This document shows, piece after piece, positions 25,956 through 35,850 of a stretch of 64,000 bases of DNA (the first letter of the stretch is position 1; the number at the start of each line of letters is the position of its first letter). The translations under genes and the position numbers were made by a program. Source of the stretch: Candidatus Omnitrophota bacterium (lineage in GTDB: Bacteria > Omnitrophota > Gorgyraeia > JAGLLT01); the NCBI GenBank assembly GCA_023140385.1, contig JAGLLT010000002.1, positions 24,295 to 88,294 on the forward strand. The letters run 5' to 3'. The notes below the pieces were generated by a model, which was not told the origin of the DNA, made no database searches, and saw nothing but the letters and a program-made list of their open reading frames with translations.

Positions 25956-27608
25956 ATGTATATTTTAGGCATTACAGCACCAATTTCCTGGAATAGCGCC
26001 GCCTGTTTGATTAAAGATGGAGAATTAATAGCGGCAGCGGAAGAAGAAAGGTTTACCCGCATTAAACACGCGCCTCGGATACCTCCCGTGAAAGCAACTA
26101 AATATTGCCTGAACGAAGCGGGTATAAATATGAATCAGGTTGATTATATTGCTGTAGGCTTTAGCTCACCCTTAGTATATGGCCTAAAGAACCTTATTGA
26201 TGAAACCAAAGAATTGAATTTTGATAGATATCTTCAGCAGATTGGCTCTGTATTTGAATATAAGATAATAATGTATAAATTAAAAGTTACCTTTAAAGAA
26301 ATTGATCCCAATATCGCGAATAAAAAGTTTGTTTTTTTCCCCCACCATGTTTCGCACGCGGCCAGTGCCTATAGAGTTAGTGGATTTGATAAAGCAAATA
26401 TTATAACTCTTGATGGAAGTGGCGAAGATGATTCCGGCATGTTAGCAGTAGGTGAAGGTAAAGATATGCGAATATTAAATAAAATCAAACTTAGAGACTC
26501 TCTTGGCGGTCTTTATAGTAATACCACGGATTTATTGGGTTTCGTTCGTCATAGTCAAGAAGGAAAAATAATGGGGCTTGCGGCTTATGGGAAGTTAATA
26601 CCGAAATTAGAAAAAAGTATACTTAGACAAAAAAATGATATGTATTATTTAAAAAAATGGTATTACAAATATCTTTGGAAAGAATTTGGCCCTCGTAGAA
26701 AGGAAAACGAAGAATTAACGGAGTTGCACAAGAACATAGCTTGTACCGTTCAGGATATTGTAGAAAAAGCGGGTATAATAGCCGCGAAGAAATTAAATAA
26801 AGAATCTAATGTAGATAAATTTTGTCTTTCCGGCGGCGTAGTTCTAAATTGCGATATGAACGCGAAAATATTAAATTTACCGTTTATTAAGGACATTTTT
26901 ATTCAACCGGCGGCTCATGATGCCAGTTCTGCTCTTGGAGCCGCCTTTGAGCTTTACGCAAGGCTTGGCGGTAAATCCAAGTTCGAAATGTCTCATGCGT
27001 ATTGGGGTCCTGAATATTCAAACGAAGGTATTTTGAAGGTTTTAAAAGAGGCGAAAACGAAGCACAAATATCATGAGAATATCGAAGAGGAAACGGCCCG
27101 CCTTATCGCGGAGGGTAATTTGATTGGTTGGTTTCAGGGCAGAATGGAATGGGGCCCGCGCGCGCTGGGAAATCGATCTATTCTTGCTCATCCGGCAAAA
27201 GAAGGTATAAAGGATAAAGTAAATCGCGAAGTTAAACATAGAGAAATGTGGCGTCCTTTTGCTCCCTCTATACTTGAAGAAGATGCTCCAAGGTACGTTG
27301 AAAATTACTACCCTTCTCCATTTATGCTGTTGACATTTAATGTTAAGCCGGAAATGAGAAAATATTTATCTCAAGCAATGCATGTAGATAATACTGTGCG
27401 ATTGCAAACCGTCAATAAACAAACGAATTCAAGATATCACGAATTAATTACCCAGTTTAAAAAGATGACTAATATACCGGCCTTATTGAATACCTCGTTT
27501 AATGATAGGGGAGAACCGTTAGTCGAGAGTCCTAAAGATGCTCTTAGAACATTTTATTCTACCGGTTTGGATTATTTAGTTCTCGGTAATTATATAATAG
27601 GAAAATAA
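25956..27608 (+). CDS. NodU/CmcH-family carbamoyltransferase
   Basis: 'MYILGI...SWNSAACLIKDG', 'FFPHHVSHAASAY' and the C-terminal Carbam_trans_C-like region ('WRPFAPSIL', 'NTSFN') fit the family. Confidence 0.85.
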   Translation: MYILGITAPISWNSAACLIKDGELIAAAEEERFTRIKHAPRIPPVKATKYCLNEAGINMNQVDYIAVGFSSPLVYGLKNLIDETKELNFDRYLQQIGSVFEYKIIMYKLKVTFKEIDPNIANKKFVFFPHHVSHAASAYRVSGFDKANIITLDGSGEDDSGMLAVGEGKDMRILNKIKLRDSLGGLYSNTTDLLGFVRHSQEGKIMGLAAYGKLIPKLEKSILRQKNDMYYLKKWYYKYLWKEFGPRRKENEELTELHKNIACTVQDIVEKAGIIAAKKLNKESNVDKFCLSGGVVLNCDMNAKILNLPFIKDIFIQPAAHDASSALGAAFELYARLGGKSKFEMSHAYWGPEYSNEGILKVLKEAKTKHKYHENIEEETARLIAEGNLIGWFQGRMEWGPRALGNRSILAHPAKEGIKDKVNREVKHREMWRPFAPSILEEDAPRYVENYYPSPFMLLTFNVKPEMRKYLSQAMHVDNTVRLQTVNKQTNSRYHELITQFKKMTNIPALLNTSFNDRGEPLVESPKDALRTFYSTGLDYLVLGNYIIGK

Positions 27609-30600
27609 TGGATAAATCAAATAAAAAGTACCTTCTATTATGTTTATTAATAATTTTCATATGGGGCTTGGTGCCCTTGCTGTGGTTTAATAAGGGCATG
27701 ATTATAACCTCGGATGATATGAGGTTACCTTTAACAATTAAACAATTTAACTTATCTTGGTATAGTTGGAATAGCCTGTATAATACAGGCCTAAATTATA
27801 ATGTTCAGTTTGCCGCTTTAACCTTTTTTATCCCACAGGCCTTTCTTAGATTATTTAATTTATCTGTTATTTCTATACAAAAAATTCAATTTATAATTTG
27901 GTTTATACTCCCCGGTTTTTCAATGTTTTATATGATGACCCAGTTATTAAAATGTAAAGCTAAGTATATTGCCTCTTTAGCGGCAGTTAGTTTTTATATG
28001 TTCAATCTATATTTAGATCCCATTTGGTTAGGATTTAATATGGCTAATATTGCTCTATATAGCGTTCTTCCTTTTGTAGTCGTAGTGTTTTTTAAAGGCT
28101 TAGAAGGGAAGTATAGCATTATAAAAGCGGCTGCTTTAATAGCTTTAGCCTCTCTCGCAGGTTCGGCCAGCGGAGCTAACCCGCCGTTATTATTAGCCGT
28201 CATACCAATACTTTTTTTATCTTTTTTTATTTATTACCTATACGCCGTCAAAACTAAAACTATTTCTATGTCCAAGGGCCTAAAATTCTTTTTTAGATAT
28301 CTATGCCTTGTAATACTCCCTGTGATTTTAATTAATTCATTTTGGTTGATACCAAGAATAGGTGAAGTGTTTTATAGTGTTTCTGATAGTGGTTTTTCCT
28401 TTCTCTCCAAGGATGACGCTTTGCAGTGGTTACAAGGCATAAGCGCTAATTCTTCTATATGGAATGTGGCGCGTCTTCAAGGTATGTGGACTTGGTATCA
28501 GGGGTGGAAAGAGCCTTATTGTCCTTATGCCAGTATTTTTAGGGAAAATATATTCTTTCTTGCCCTTAGCTGCCTTTTACCTTTAATGGTACTTATTGGT
28601 ATAGTCACCTGCAAAAATCGTTATAAGGTTTTTTTCGCGCCTCTTACCGTTTTAGCTTTAATTTTTAGTATGGGTGTTCACGCTCCTTTCGCGAATGTAT
28701 ATTTGTGGTGTGTTAAATACGTGCCTTTCTTCTGGATAATAAGAAGTCCCTGGTATAAGTTTACATTACTTACTTGCTTGGGATACGCGTTTTTTATTGG
28801 TGTAGCCGCCGTGAATATATATAAATTTATAAATAATAGAAAGTGGCGTCTGGTAATTTTTGCGAGGCGGGCTCTAATCGCCGGGTTCATTATTTTTAAT
28901 ATGGTTTATGCTTATCCGGTAGTATTCGGCAAATTTTTTGTTTCTCCCGAAGAGAGAAAATATTTGCCCCCAAACCATGCTGTTATACCCGACTATGTAC
29001 TTGAGTTTAGTAAGTATATAAATAGCAAAGATGAATACTTCAGAATTATGGATTTACCGGATAGTCAATATTGGGCTTATAATTGGGGCCTTTCGGGGGC
29101 AACACCTTTTGTAACTCAGATTTCTCTTAAACCGGTTCTGTTTAATATTTATACGCAATTAGCCGGAAGTGAAAGCAAGGATGTTACCACTGCTTTTTAT
29201 GACGTTTTGTATAATAAAGGATTTCCGGCGGTTAAACTGCTTAATATCCTCAATGCAAGTTATGTATTACAAGAAAATGATGTTAATTATATAATTCCGG
29301 ATAATGGAATCGATTCTCCGGAATTTGTTAAGGAGAGATTAAGCAGGCAGAGGGAAATCAAACTCGAGAAAAAATTTGGAAATTGGGATTTATATAAAGC
29401 TGATGTTGATTTACCTTATATATATATTAAAAACAAGGCGACTTTAATTAAAGGTGGATTGGGGGTTTTAGCCGCGTTAACTAATACAAATTTATTAGAT
29501 CAGCCTCTCTTAATATTTGAGGAGCGGCTCAACAAAGAACTTCGTAAAGAATTTTTTGAAAATAGTATGTTTAGCGAGGTTGTTTTTTATAATTACGATT
29601 TTGAAACTGGAGATAACAGTTTTATTGATATTCAAGAAAATTCGTTAAATTACTTTATATTTTTGGATAGTTCCCGGATGAATGTTGGTTTTGTAAACAA
29701 AACAGAAGGCAGGCAAAAACAGATAACAATTAAGTATAATACAGGTTTTTTTGATGAGACCGTAACCTTTGATGATGAGAATGCCTGGTATGTTTTGAGT
29801 GAAAATAATAAAGAGCATATTATTATAAACAATACGTCAGTCTCACCTCAAAAGATAAATTTGGCTTTTAACGCTCATGCTTTTGGTAGAGATAGAAATC
29901 TTTATGTTTATATTAATAATGAGTATATTAATTTTTTTCCTGTAGTAAATGAAGAAAGCAAGCAAATCATTTTAGAAAATATGTTACTTCAGCCCGGTGA
30001 AAATATCCTTTCTTTTGCTAATGTTGCCGCAAGCGATAATTATGACGGCAAACTAGTTAGCTTTGCCATAAAAGATGACGCCGCGTTAGGAAAATTTACC
30101 TTTAATAAGCCAATAGATTTAGCGGAAGAAGGTGAATATTCTATAAGGTTATATCCCTATCCTCTTGAAACTTACGATACGCTGCCTGAGCAATATGAAA
30201 TCTCTATCAATGGTGACTCTATAAAATTAGAAAAACATAGAAAAGACAATACAATTGTATATTCTAAAAAAACTAATTTAAAAAGCGGTATACAAGTAGT
30301 AAAAATAGAACAGGTGAATTCCGGCGAAAATTATGTAATAAGTATTTGCCCGCTTGATAATAAAAGAGATAATTCCCGCGTTTCAAAGGTGAATTTTGAA
30401 AAAATTAATCCTACGGAGCACAAAGTATTTGTTGATAAACCTGACTCATATTTTCTAGTATTTAATGAATCATATCATTCCCAATGGCGCGCTATTGAGG
30501 CTTCCGGTGATGAATTAACCAATCATTTTGTTGTTAATGGTTACGCGAACGGCTGGTATGTAGATAAAATAAAGAGTCAAGAGCTAACGATTCAATATAA

Positions 30601-30712
30601 GCCTCAAATTCTTTTTATAATAGGCTGCATTATATCTATTATAACCTTTTGTACTTTGCTTTGTTTGCCGATGATAATATCTAAGGTTGAGCGAGGGCAT
30701 GAGTCTAATTAA
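27608..30712 (+). CDS. Giant (1034 aa) polytopic membrane protein, putative YfhO/GT-C-type glycosyltransferase (paralog family member 3)
   Basis: Motifs 'PLLWFNKG', 'SVISIQKIQFIIWF', 'NVARLQGMWTWYQ', 'RSPWYKF' and C-terminal 'FNESYHSQWRAIE...NGYANGWYVDK' plus a terminal TM. The ATG overlaps the stop of the upstream gene. Confidence 0.55.
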   Translation: MDKSNKKYLLLCLLIIFIWGLVPLLWFNKGMIITSDDMRLPLTIKQFNLSWYSWNSLYNTGLNYNVQFAALTFFIPQAFLRLFNLSVISIQKIQFIIWFILPGFSMFYMMTQLLKCKAKYIASLAAVSFYMFNLYLDPIWLGFNMANIALYSVLPFVVVVFFKGLEGKYSIIKAAALIALASLAGSASGANPPLLLAVIPILFLSFFIYYLYAVKTKTISMSKGLKFFFRYLCLVILPVILINSFWLIPRIGEVFYSVSDSGFSFLSKDDALQWLQGISANSSIWNVARLQGMWTWYQGWKEPYCPYASIFRENIFFLALSCLLPLMVLIGIVTCKNRYKVFFAPLTVLALIFSMGVHAPFANVYLWCVKYVPFFWIIRSPWYKFTLLTCLGYAFFIGVAAVNIYKFINNRKWRLVIFARRALIAGFIIFNMVYAYPVVFGKFFVSPEERKYLPPNHAVIPDYVLEFSKYINSKDEYFRIMDLPDSQYWAYNWGLSGATPFVTQISLKPVLFNIYTQLAGSESKDVTTAFYDVLYNKGFPAVKLLNILNASYVLQENDVNYIIPDNGIDSPEFVKERLSRQREIKLEKKFGNWDLYKADVDLPYIYIKNKATLIKGGLGVLAALTNTNLLDQPLLIFEERLNKELRKEFFENSMFSEVVFYNYDFETGDNSFIDIQENSLNYFIFLDSSRMNVGFVNKTEGRQKQITIKYNTGFFDETVTFDDENAWYVLSENNKEHIIINNTSVSPQKINLAFNAHAFGRDRNLYVYINNEYINFFPVVNEESKQIILENMLLQPGENILSFANVAASDNYDGKLVSFAIKDDAALGKFTFNKPIDLAEEGEYSIRLYPYPLETYDTLPEQYEISINGDSIKLEKHRKDNTIVYSKKTNLKSGIQVVKIEQVNSGENYVISICPLDNKRDNSRVSKVNFEKINPTEHKVFVDKPDSYFLVFNESYHSQWRAIEASGDELTNHFVVNGYANGWYVDKIKSQELTIQYKPQILFIIGCIISIITFCTLLCLPMIISKVERGHESN

Positions 30713-33700
30713 GCGCGGATCAACTATAAATTCACTGATAATAGTAATTCTTGGATTATGTCCATTACTATGGTTTAAGAATGGTTATCTTATTAAAACC
30801 GAAGATATAGGGATTCCTTTAAGCTATAGCGAGTGGACTAATTATTTGTTTTCCTGGTTTAATCAAAGAGCTGCCGGCACATATCCCGTAGATAACTTCG
30901 CGGCCATATTTTTCCTTTCACTGCCAGCTGTATTGCAAAAAGCGGGGCTTTCCATAATTGCCTCGCAGAAAATACAATTTATTTTCTGGTTTATGCTCTC
31001 AGGTTTTTCCATATACTATCTGATAGTTGCCCTCAATAAGGGTAAGCACCCCAACTCTTTAATAGTCTTACCGGCTGTTATCTTTTATATGTTTAATTTA
31101 TATCTTGAGCCGGTTTGGCTGGGATTTAACATTGCAAATTTATCCGCGTACGCGGGTATACCTTTTTTGGCCGGTTTTGTAATTAATGCTATAAATTCAA
31201 AAAGGTATTTTAAGTATTTATCCCTTGCGGGCCTTCTTGGAATTATCTTATCGGGAGTAGGTGTTAATCCGCCCATTATGTATGTAGCTGTTTTGTTTAT
31301 GGTGCTTTGGCTGGCCTATTGTTTTATCGTACATGTCATTAAAATAAAAACAGTTACGTCCGCGAGATTTATCACTTTTGTTCTATCTTTGGTTTTAATA
31401 GTTACTTTGGTTAACGCGTTTTGGATTTATCCTCAGGCGAAGAGGCTCTTGCATTCAACTGAGTTAAAACCGCTTACGGAATATAAGGAAACTGTGGAGG
31501 AGGGGATAAAGGAGCGATCCAAGCATACCAGCCTTCTTAATGTCTCAAGATTTCAGGCGGCGTGGACCTGGTACGAGGATTATGAGGACGATCCTTATGT
31601 GCTGTATAGCGAGTTTTATAAGAAAAATAAGTTTTTTATCTTATTAAGTATTATCCCGGTTATAATAGTTTTTCTATCTTGTTTTAATTTAAAGGGGCAG
31701 GTTTATTTACCTTTTTATATTCTGCTTAGTTTGATGGGTATTATTTTTGCTACCGGTATACATGCTCCATTTTCAACTTTAAACACGTTTTTAGTAAAAT
31801 ATATACCAGGATTTTGGATGATAAGAAGCCCCTGGTATAAGTGGTCTCTTTTTACGGTATTGGGTTTCTCGGTATGTATATATTATTTGGCGAAAAAGGT
31901 TTTTAGGCTCTGGCCAAAGCAAAAGCTAACTTTTGGTTTTTTAAGTGTTTTTGTTTCTGCGTTGTTTCTTATTTATGCCTTTCCGATTGCAAGCGGCCGC
32001 ATGTTTACCTCTGAAGAGGAGCGCCATTACATACCTCCGCAGCATATAAAAATTCCCGCCTATGTTTTTGAAGCAGCTCAATGGTTTAACAATCAAAAAG
32101 ATTTTTGTAGAATTATGCTCCTGCATTCAAACGCGCGGCGCATAACTGATTGGGGATATTCCGGATATGAACCGGTTTTATCTTACTTCACACATAAACC
32201 GCTTATTGTTCCAATTGCAGCCGATTCATACGGTTCACCATACTCAATTCCTAATTTTAAAAATCTTCTTTATAGGTGGCTGTACATAAATAAAGAAGGC
32301 AAAAATGAGCGTGAGTCGTTAGTTAATGTTAAGAAACAAAATTCAGACAAAGTGGCAATATCTATTTTGCCCATGTTCAATGTTAAATATTTACTCTATG
32401 AAGGCGATATAAGATGGAGTTTTTATGACCATTATGAATCACCCGAATTCATAGAAGCTAAACTCGCTCTGCAGAAAGGGGTTAATCTTGTTAAGAAGTT
32501 TGGTAGATGGAAAATATATGAAATTGACAAGAAGCTCGATCATATCTATGCCGCGAGTAAGATAAATATTCTTGATGGTGATTTAGAAATGCTTGAAGCC
32601 CTAAGCCGGACAAATTTATTAAATTATAACAATGTATTTGCCCATGATATTGATGACTCTTTTTTTGCTTATATCAAAAAGCATAATTTAATAGACAAAA
32701 CCTTCTTTTATAACAGAGTTAATTTTGACAATGAGACGCGAAAAAATTCTTACATGCTATTATCCACTAAGGATGCTGATATTTTTTCAATTAAAGATGT
32801 GCCGGACGCGGCCGCCGGTAGAAATATTGAAATGAAGTTTAATAAAGATACTTATGAATCATACCAAATTAACGAAAGAAACTATTATTCTTTTAAAGCT
32901 GACGGCTCAGCCCTGGAAGCGGAAATTGTGAATAATGGCAATTCAGGAATGCTGATTAACATAAGGCTGAATTGCCTTAACGGTTCAGATAAATTTATTG
33001 ATGTTCATTTAAACGATCGTTTAATAAAAAGGTCTTTTGTAGAAAAGGGTGAAAATAAGTACATAAAGTTAGAATCATTAAATATTAAACCAGGGCATAA
33101 TTATATAACCTTTTCCGCGCCGCGCTCAGAAGACAATTCTATTACAGCTTTTTCTTCAAATGTTGGCTATTATTGTCATGAGTTTATAACTTCGCTGAAT
33201 TTTGCAAAAAATGGAAATTATTTAGTTGAGCTTTACGTCTTTCCCGTCAATCAAGTAGAAGATCTTAATAAGTCTAAAGATTTTTATATAAATGATGATG
33301 CTTTGCGTCTTGATTATAATGAATCGAATACCGCGTATACTTCTGCAGAAAACGCTAAATTTTTTGAAGGTAAGAATGTGATTAGATTCTTACGTCAAAA
33401 ACAAGAGGATTATTATGTTTTGATTAAACCATTGTCTTCACCTCAGGATAATGAGTTTTTTGAACTGAAATTTAATTTTTTAAATCCGGTTCAATATGAA
33501 GTTGAATTTGATGGAATAGACACCGAATGTTTATTTTTATTTTTCAACGAGGCTTATGATAGTAATTGGATAGCAGCCGAGAGGCAAACGAATAAGGTTA
33601 TTACTAATCATTTTACGGCCAATGGATATGCTAATGGATGGTTGCTCAGTGAGTTGCAAAACAATGGACAAACAAAATGCGTTATGTTAAAATATGAAAT

Positions 33701-33815
33701 TCAAGGTCAATTTTACGCGGGACTTATAATAAGTGGCTCCATTGTACTAATTTGTTTGATTCCAATAGTTGTAATAATTTTTAGTGGTTTGAATAATAAA
33801 AGGAAACGATTTTGA
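30699..33815 (+). CDS. Giant (~1038 aa) polytopic membrane protein, putative YfhO/GT-C-type glycosyltransferase (paralog family member 4)
   Basis: Motifs 'PLLWFKNG', 'SIIASQKIQFIFWF', 'NVSRFQAAWTWYE', 'RSPWYKW' and C-terminal 'FNEAYDSNWIAAE...NGYANGWLLSE' plus a terminal TM. The start is ATG 30699 or TTG 30687; either overlaps the upstream paralog by 14-26 nt. Confidence 0.55.
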   Translation: MSLIKRGSTINSLIIVILGLCPLLWFKNGYLIKTEDIGIPLSYSEWTNYLFSWFNQRAAGTYPVDNFAAIFFLSLPAVLQKAGLSIIASQKIQFIFWFMLSGFSIYYLIVALNKGKHPNSLIVLPAVIFYMFNLYLEPVWLGFNIANLSAYAGIPFLAGFVINAINSKRYFKYLSLAGLLGIILSGVGVNPPIMYVAVLFMVLWLAYCFIVHVIKIKTVTSARFITFVLSLVLIVTLVNAFWIYPQAKRLLHSTELKPLTEYKETVEEGIKERSKHTSLLNVSRFQAAWTWYEDYEDDPYVLYSEFYKKNKFFILLSIIPVIIVFLSCFNLKGQVYLPFYILLSLMGIIFATGIHAPFSTLNTFLVKYIPGFWMIRSPWYKWSLFTVLGFSVCIYYLAKKVFRLWPKQKLTFGFLSVFVSALFLIYAFPIASGRMFTSEEERHYIPPQHIKIPAYVFEAAQWFNNQKDFCRIMLLHSNARRITDWGYSGYEPVLSYFTHKPLIVPIAADSYGSPYSIPNFKNLLYRWLYINKEGKNERESLVNVKKQNSDKVAISILPMFNVKYLLYEGDIRWSFYDHYESPEFIEAKLALQKGVNLVKKFGRWKIYEIDKKLDHIYAASKINILDGDLEMLEALSRTNLLNYNNVFAHDIDDSFFAYIKKHNLIDKTFFYNRVNFDNETRKNSYMLLSTKDADIFSIKDVPDAAAGRNIEMKFNKDTYESYQINERNYYSFKADGSALEAEIVNNGNSGMLINIRLNCLNGSDKFIDVHLNDRLIKRSFVEKGENKYIKLESLNIKPGHNYITFSAPRSEDNSITAFSSNVGYYCHEFITSLNFAKNGNYLVELYVFPVNQVEDLNKSKDFYINDDALRLDYNESNTAYTSAENAKFFEGKNVIRFLRQKQEDYYVLIKPLSSPQDNEFFELKFNFLNPVQYEVEFDGIDTECLFLFFNEAYDSNWIAAERQTNKVITNHFTANGYANGWLLSELQNNGQTKCVMLKYEIQGQFYAGLIISGSIVLICLIPIVVIIFSGLNNKRKRF

Positions 33816-34915
33816 TGGGGAAAATGACTAAAATTACTATTTATATCATAGGCGCCTTATTAGTAGGTTTTTTACTTTCATTTTATTATCAAACCATAGT
33901 AGATTCAAATATAGACCCTTTTAGTATAAAGTATTCTTTTTTTTCCGTTGGAGGTAATAAGCAAGATAGTTTTTTGCTGCTTAAGGGCTGGCAATCAAGA
34001 AAAGTTGGCAATGATTATTACTCCTCAATGAAGGGTGAGCGAGCTTTACTTATAGTTGATGTTCCAAGCAAAAATGGTGTTTGCTTCGAGTTTAAATATA
34101 GGACAAGCGACCCGGATCAAGTAATACAAGTGTATTGTAAGCAGAAAATGGTGGGTATTTTAAAGGGAGGTAGAAATAAAAATTGGGAGTATGGATATAT
34201 AACGGTAAATAGCTCTTTAATAGATATAGGGTTAAATAAAGTCCATCTTATAAAATCGAAAGCCTCTGAACCTGATTTTGCTGATTTGACTATTTCGAAT
34301 TATAAAAACAAAAAGCTGATATTTATGCGAGCTTATGTAGTATGGGAATCAACCAAGTGGTTTAATAAAAGGGGGGATATCTCTGTTAATTGGAACAGGT
34401 GTTTTTATACTGCCTTAAGTTTTTTATGCGCCTGGTTAATTTATTCCGGCTTTTTCTGGTTATTTACTAAAAAGGGGTATCTTTTCATTGCTTACATGGA
34501 TTTATATTCATACTTACCCGCGATAATTTATTTCTCCATCTTGTTTGTAATTTCAAAAATTATTTCTTCTTATACTTTCTTTTATTATAAAATTGATTTT
34601 ATTTTAGCTTTTGTATTCCTTACGTCAATAGGTAAAATTTATCAGATTATTCATTATGGAAAAAAAGATATGCTTGTTTCGCGTTATCATCAGTTTCGCA
34701 GTTTCTTAAAAAATAAATATGACGCGATTGGTAATATTTTCATAGTAATCTACATTTTAACTATGATAACTTGCGCGATATTACTGATGTTTGATAATCG
34801 TGTAATCGCGGAAATGTTTTGTGATTATGGTTTTTTTGTACTGATAGCGGGTGTGGCGCTTAAGGTTATTAAATTTTTTAGGAGTAAAGAATATCTTGTG
34901 GAGGATAAGAATTGA
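33812..34915 (+). CDS. Hypothetical membrane protein (N-terminal TM, ~170-aa extracytoplasmic domain, C-terminal 4-5 TM)
   Basis: Only a hydrophobicity pattern and no recognisable catalytic motif. There is a 4-nt overlap with the upstream gene. Confidence 0.45.
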   Translation: MMGKMTKITIYIIGALLVGFLLSFYYQTIVDSNIDPFSIKYSFFSVGGNKQDSFLLLKGWQSRKVGNDYYSSMKGERALLIVDVPSKNGVCFEFKYRTSDPDQVIQVYCKQKMVGILKGGRNKNWEYGYITVNSSLIDIGLNKVHLIKSKASEPDFADLTISNYKNKKLIFMRAYVVWESTKWFNKRGDISVNWNRCFYTALSFLCAWLIYSGFFWLFTKKGYLFIAYMDLYSYLPAIIYFSILFVISKIISSYTFFYYKIDFILAFVFLTSIGKIYQIIHYGKKDMLVSRYHQFRSFLKNKYDAIGNIFIVIYILTMITCAILLMFDNRVIAEMFCDYGFFVLIAGVALKVIKFFRSKEYLVEDKN

Positions 34916-35838
34916 AGAGATTAATAACAAGAATTATTCTAGCGTCGTTAATTTCGACAGCTATAATTGTTTTTTCTATTTTGATATGGATTAATTTACC
35001 GTTGGATAATTATGATGCCCGGATTGATTTTAGCAAACACTGGTTATTTATGGGCTGCGATATTGCCGCGAAGGATGCGAGTCTAATTGATGAGGTTGTT
35101 AATCTTAAATTTAAAAACGAATATATAGTGAATGCCTGGTGGCGCCGCCGGATTATTAAATTTGTTAGCGGAAGATTGTTGCCATTGAGAATTAATTTTT
35201 ACCTTGACCCCGTGGATAATGGCAAGGATTTCGTATATACGATTGCTATACAATCTTCAAAAGTACAGCGTGCTTGCCAAATTTATATCCTTGGATGGAA
35301 AAAGACCCCATACTTTAAAAAGAATTATAGAATGCAATGCAAAAACGGGTGGCAGTTAATAAAACCCGCGAATTCATCCACAGAAAAAAGGTCTTTAGCG
35401 TCTTTCAAGGATTTATTAGTTTTTTCTAATGATATTGAAGGATTTGAAGCTGCTATAGATGACTTATCTTTAAAAGCCGCTAAAATAGAAGTTAGGCCTT
35501 GTTATACTATTCACGCTCAAGTGACAGATGATATAGGAATGCTGAATCATTATGTAGATAAAATTAAAGATGACGCTTCATATGATTTATTTCCTACTAT
35601 ATCAGATATTTCGCGAGTTAAATTATATTTGAATTATGATAACGAAAAGTCAGTACATAAAGGCTGTATTTCATTTAAAGTCGCGGATAATTGTAATGTG
35701 TCAAAGGTTAAGCGCGATATTAGATTTCTTATGCAATTTTTTAAAAGAGTAGCGGATGCTAATGGTTATAAAATAGAAAACCGGATGGAAGTTGATAAAA
35801 ATGCTATATTGGCTAAATTCAATGTATCAAAAAATTAA
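34912..35838 (+). CDS. Hypothetical membrane-anchored protein (single N-terminal TM, ~270-aa soluble domain)
   Basis: N-terminal 'IILASLISTAIIVFSILIWI' is a signal anchor. No recognisable motifs. Confidence 0.45.
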   Translation: MKRLITRIILASLISTAIIVFSILIWINLPLDNYDARIDFSKHWLFMGCDIAAKDASLIDEVVNLKFKNEYIVNAWWRRRIIKFVSGRLLPLRINFYLDPVDNGKDFVYTIAIQSSKVQRACQIYILGWKKTPYFKKNYRMQCKNGWQLIKPANSSTEKRSLASFKDLLVFSNDIEGFEAAIDDLSLKAAKIEVRPCYTIHAQVTDDIGMLNHYVDKIKDDASYDLFPTISDISRVKLYLNYDNEKSVHKGCISFKVADNCNVSKVKRDIRFLMQFFKRVADANGYKIENRMEVDKNAILAKFNVSKN

Positions 35839-35850
35839 GGAGGGTAAGCT

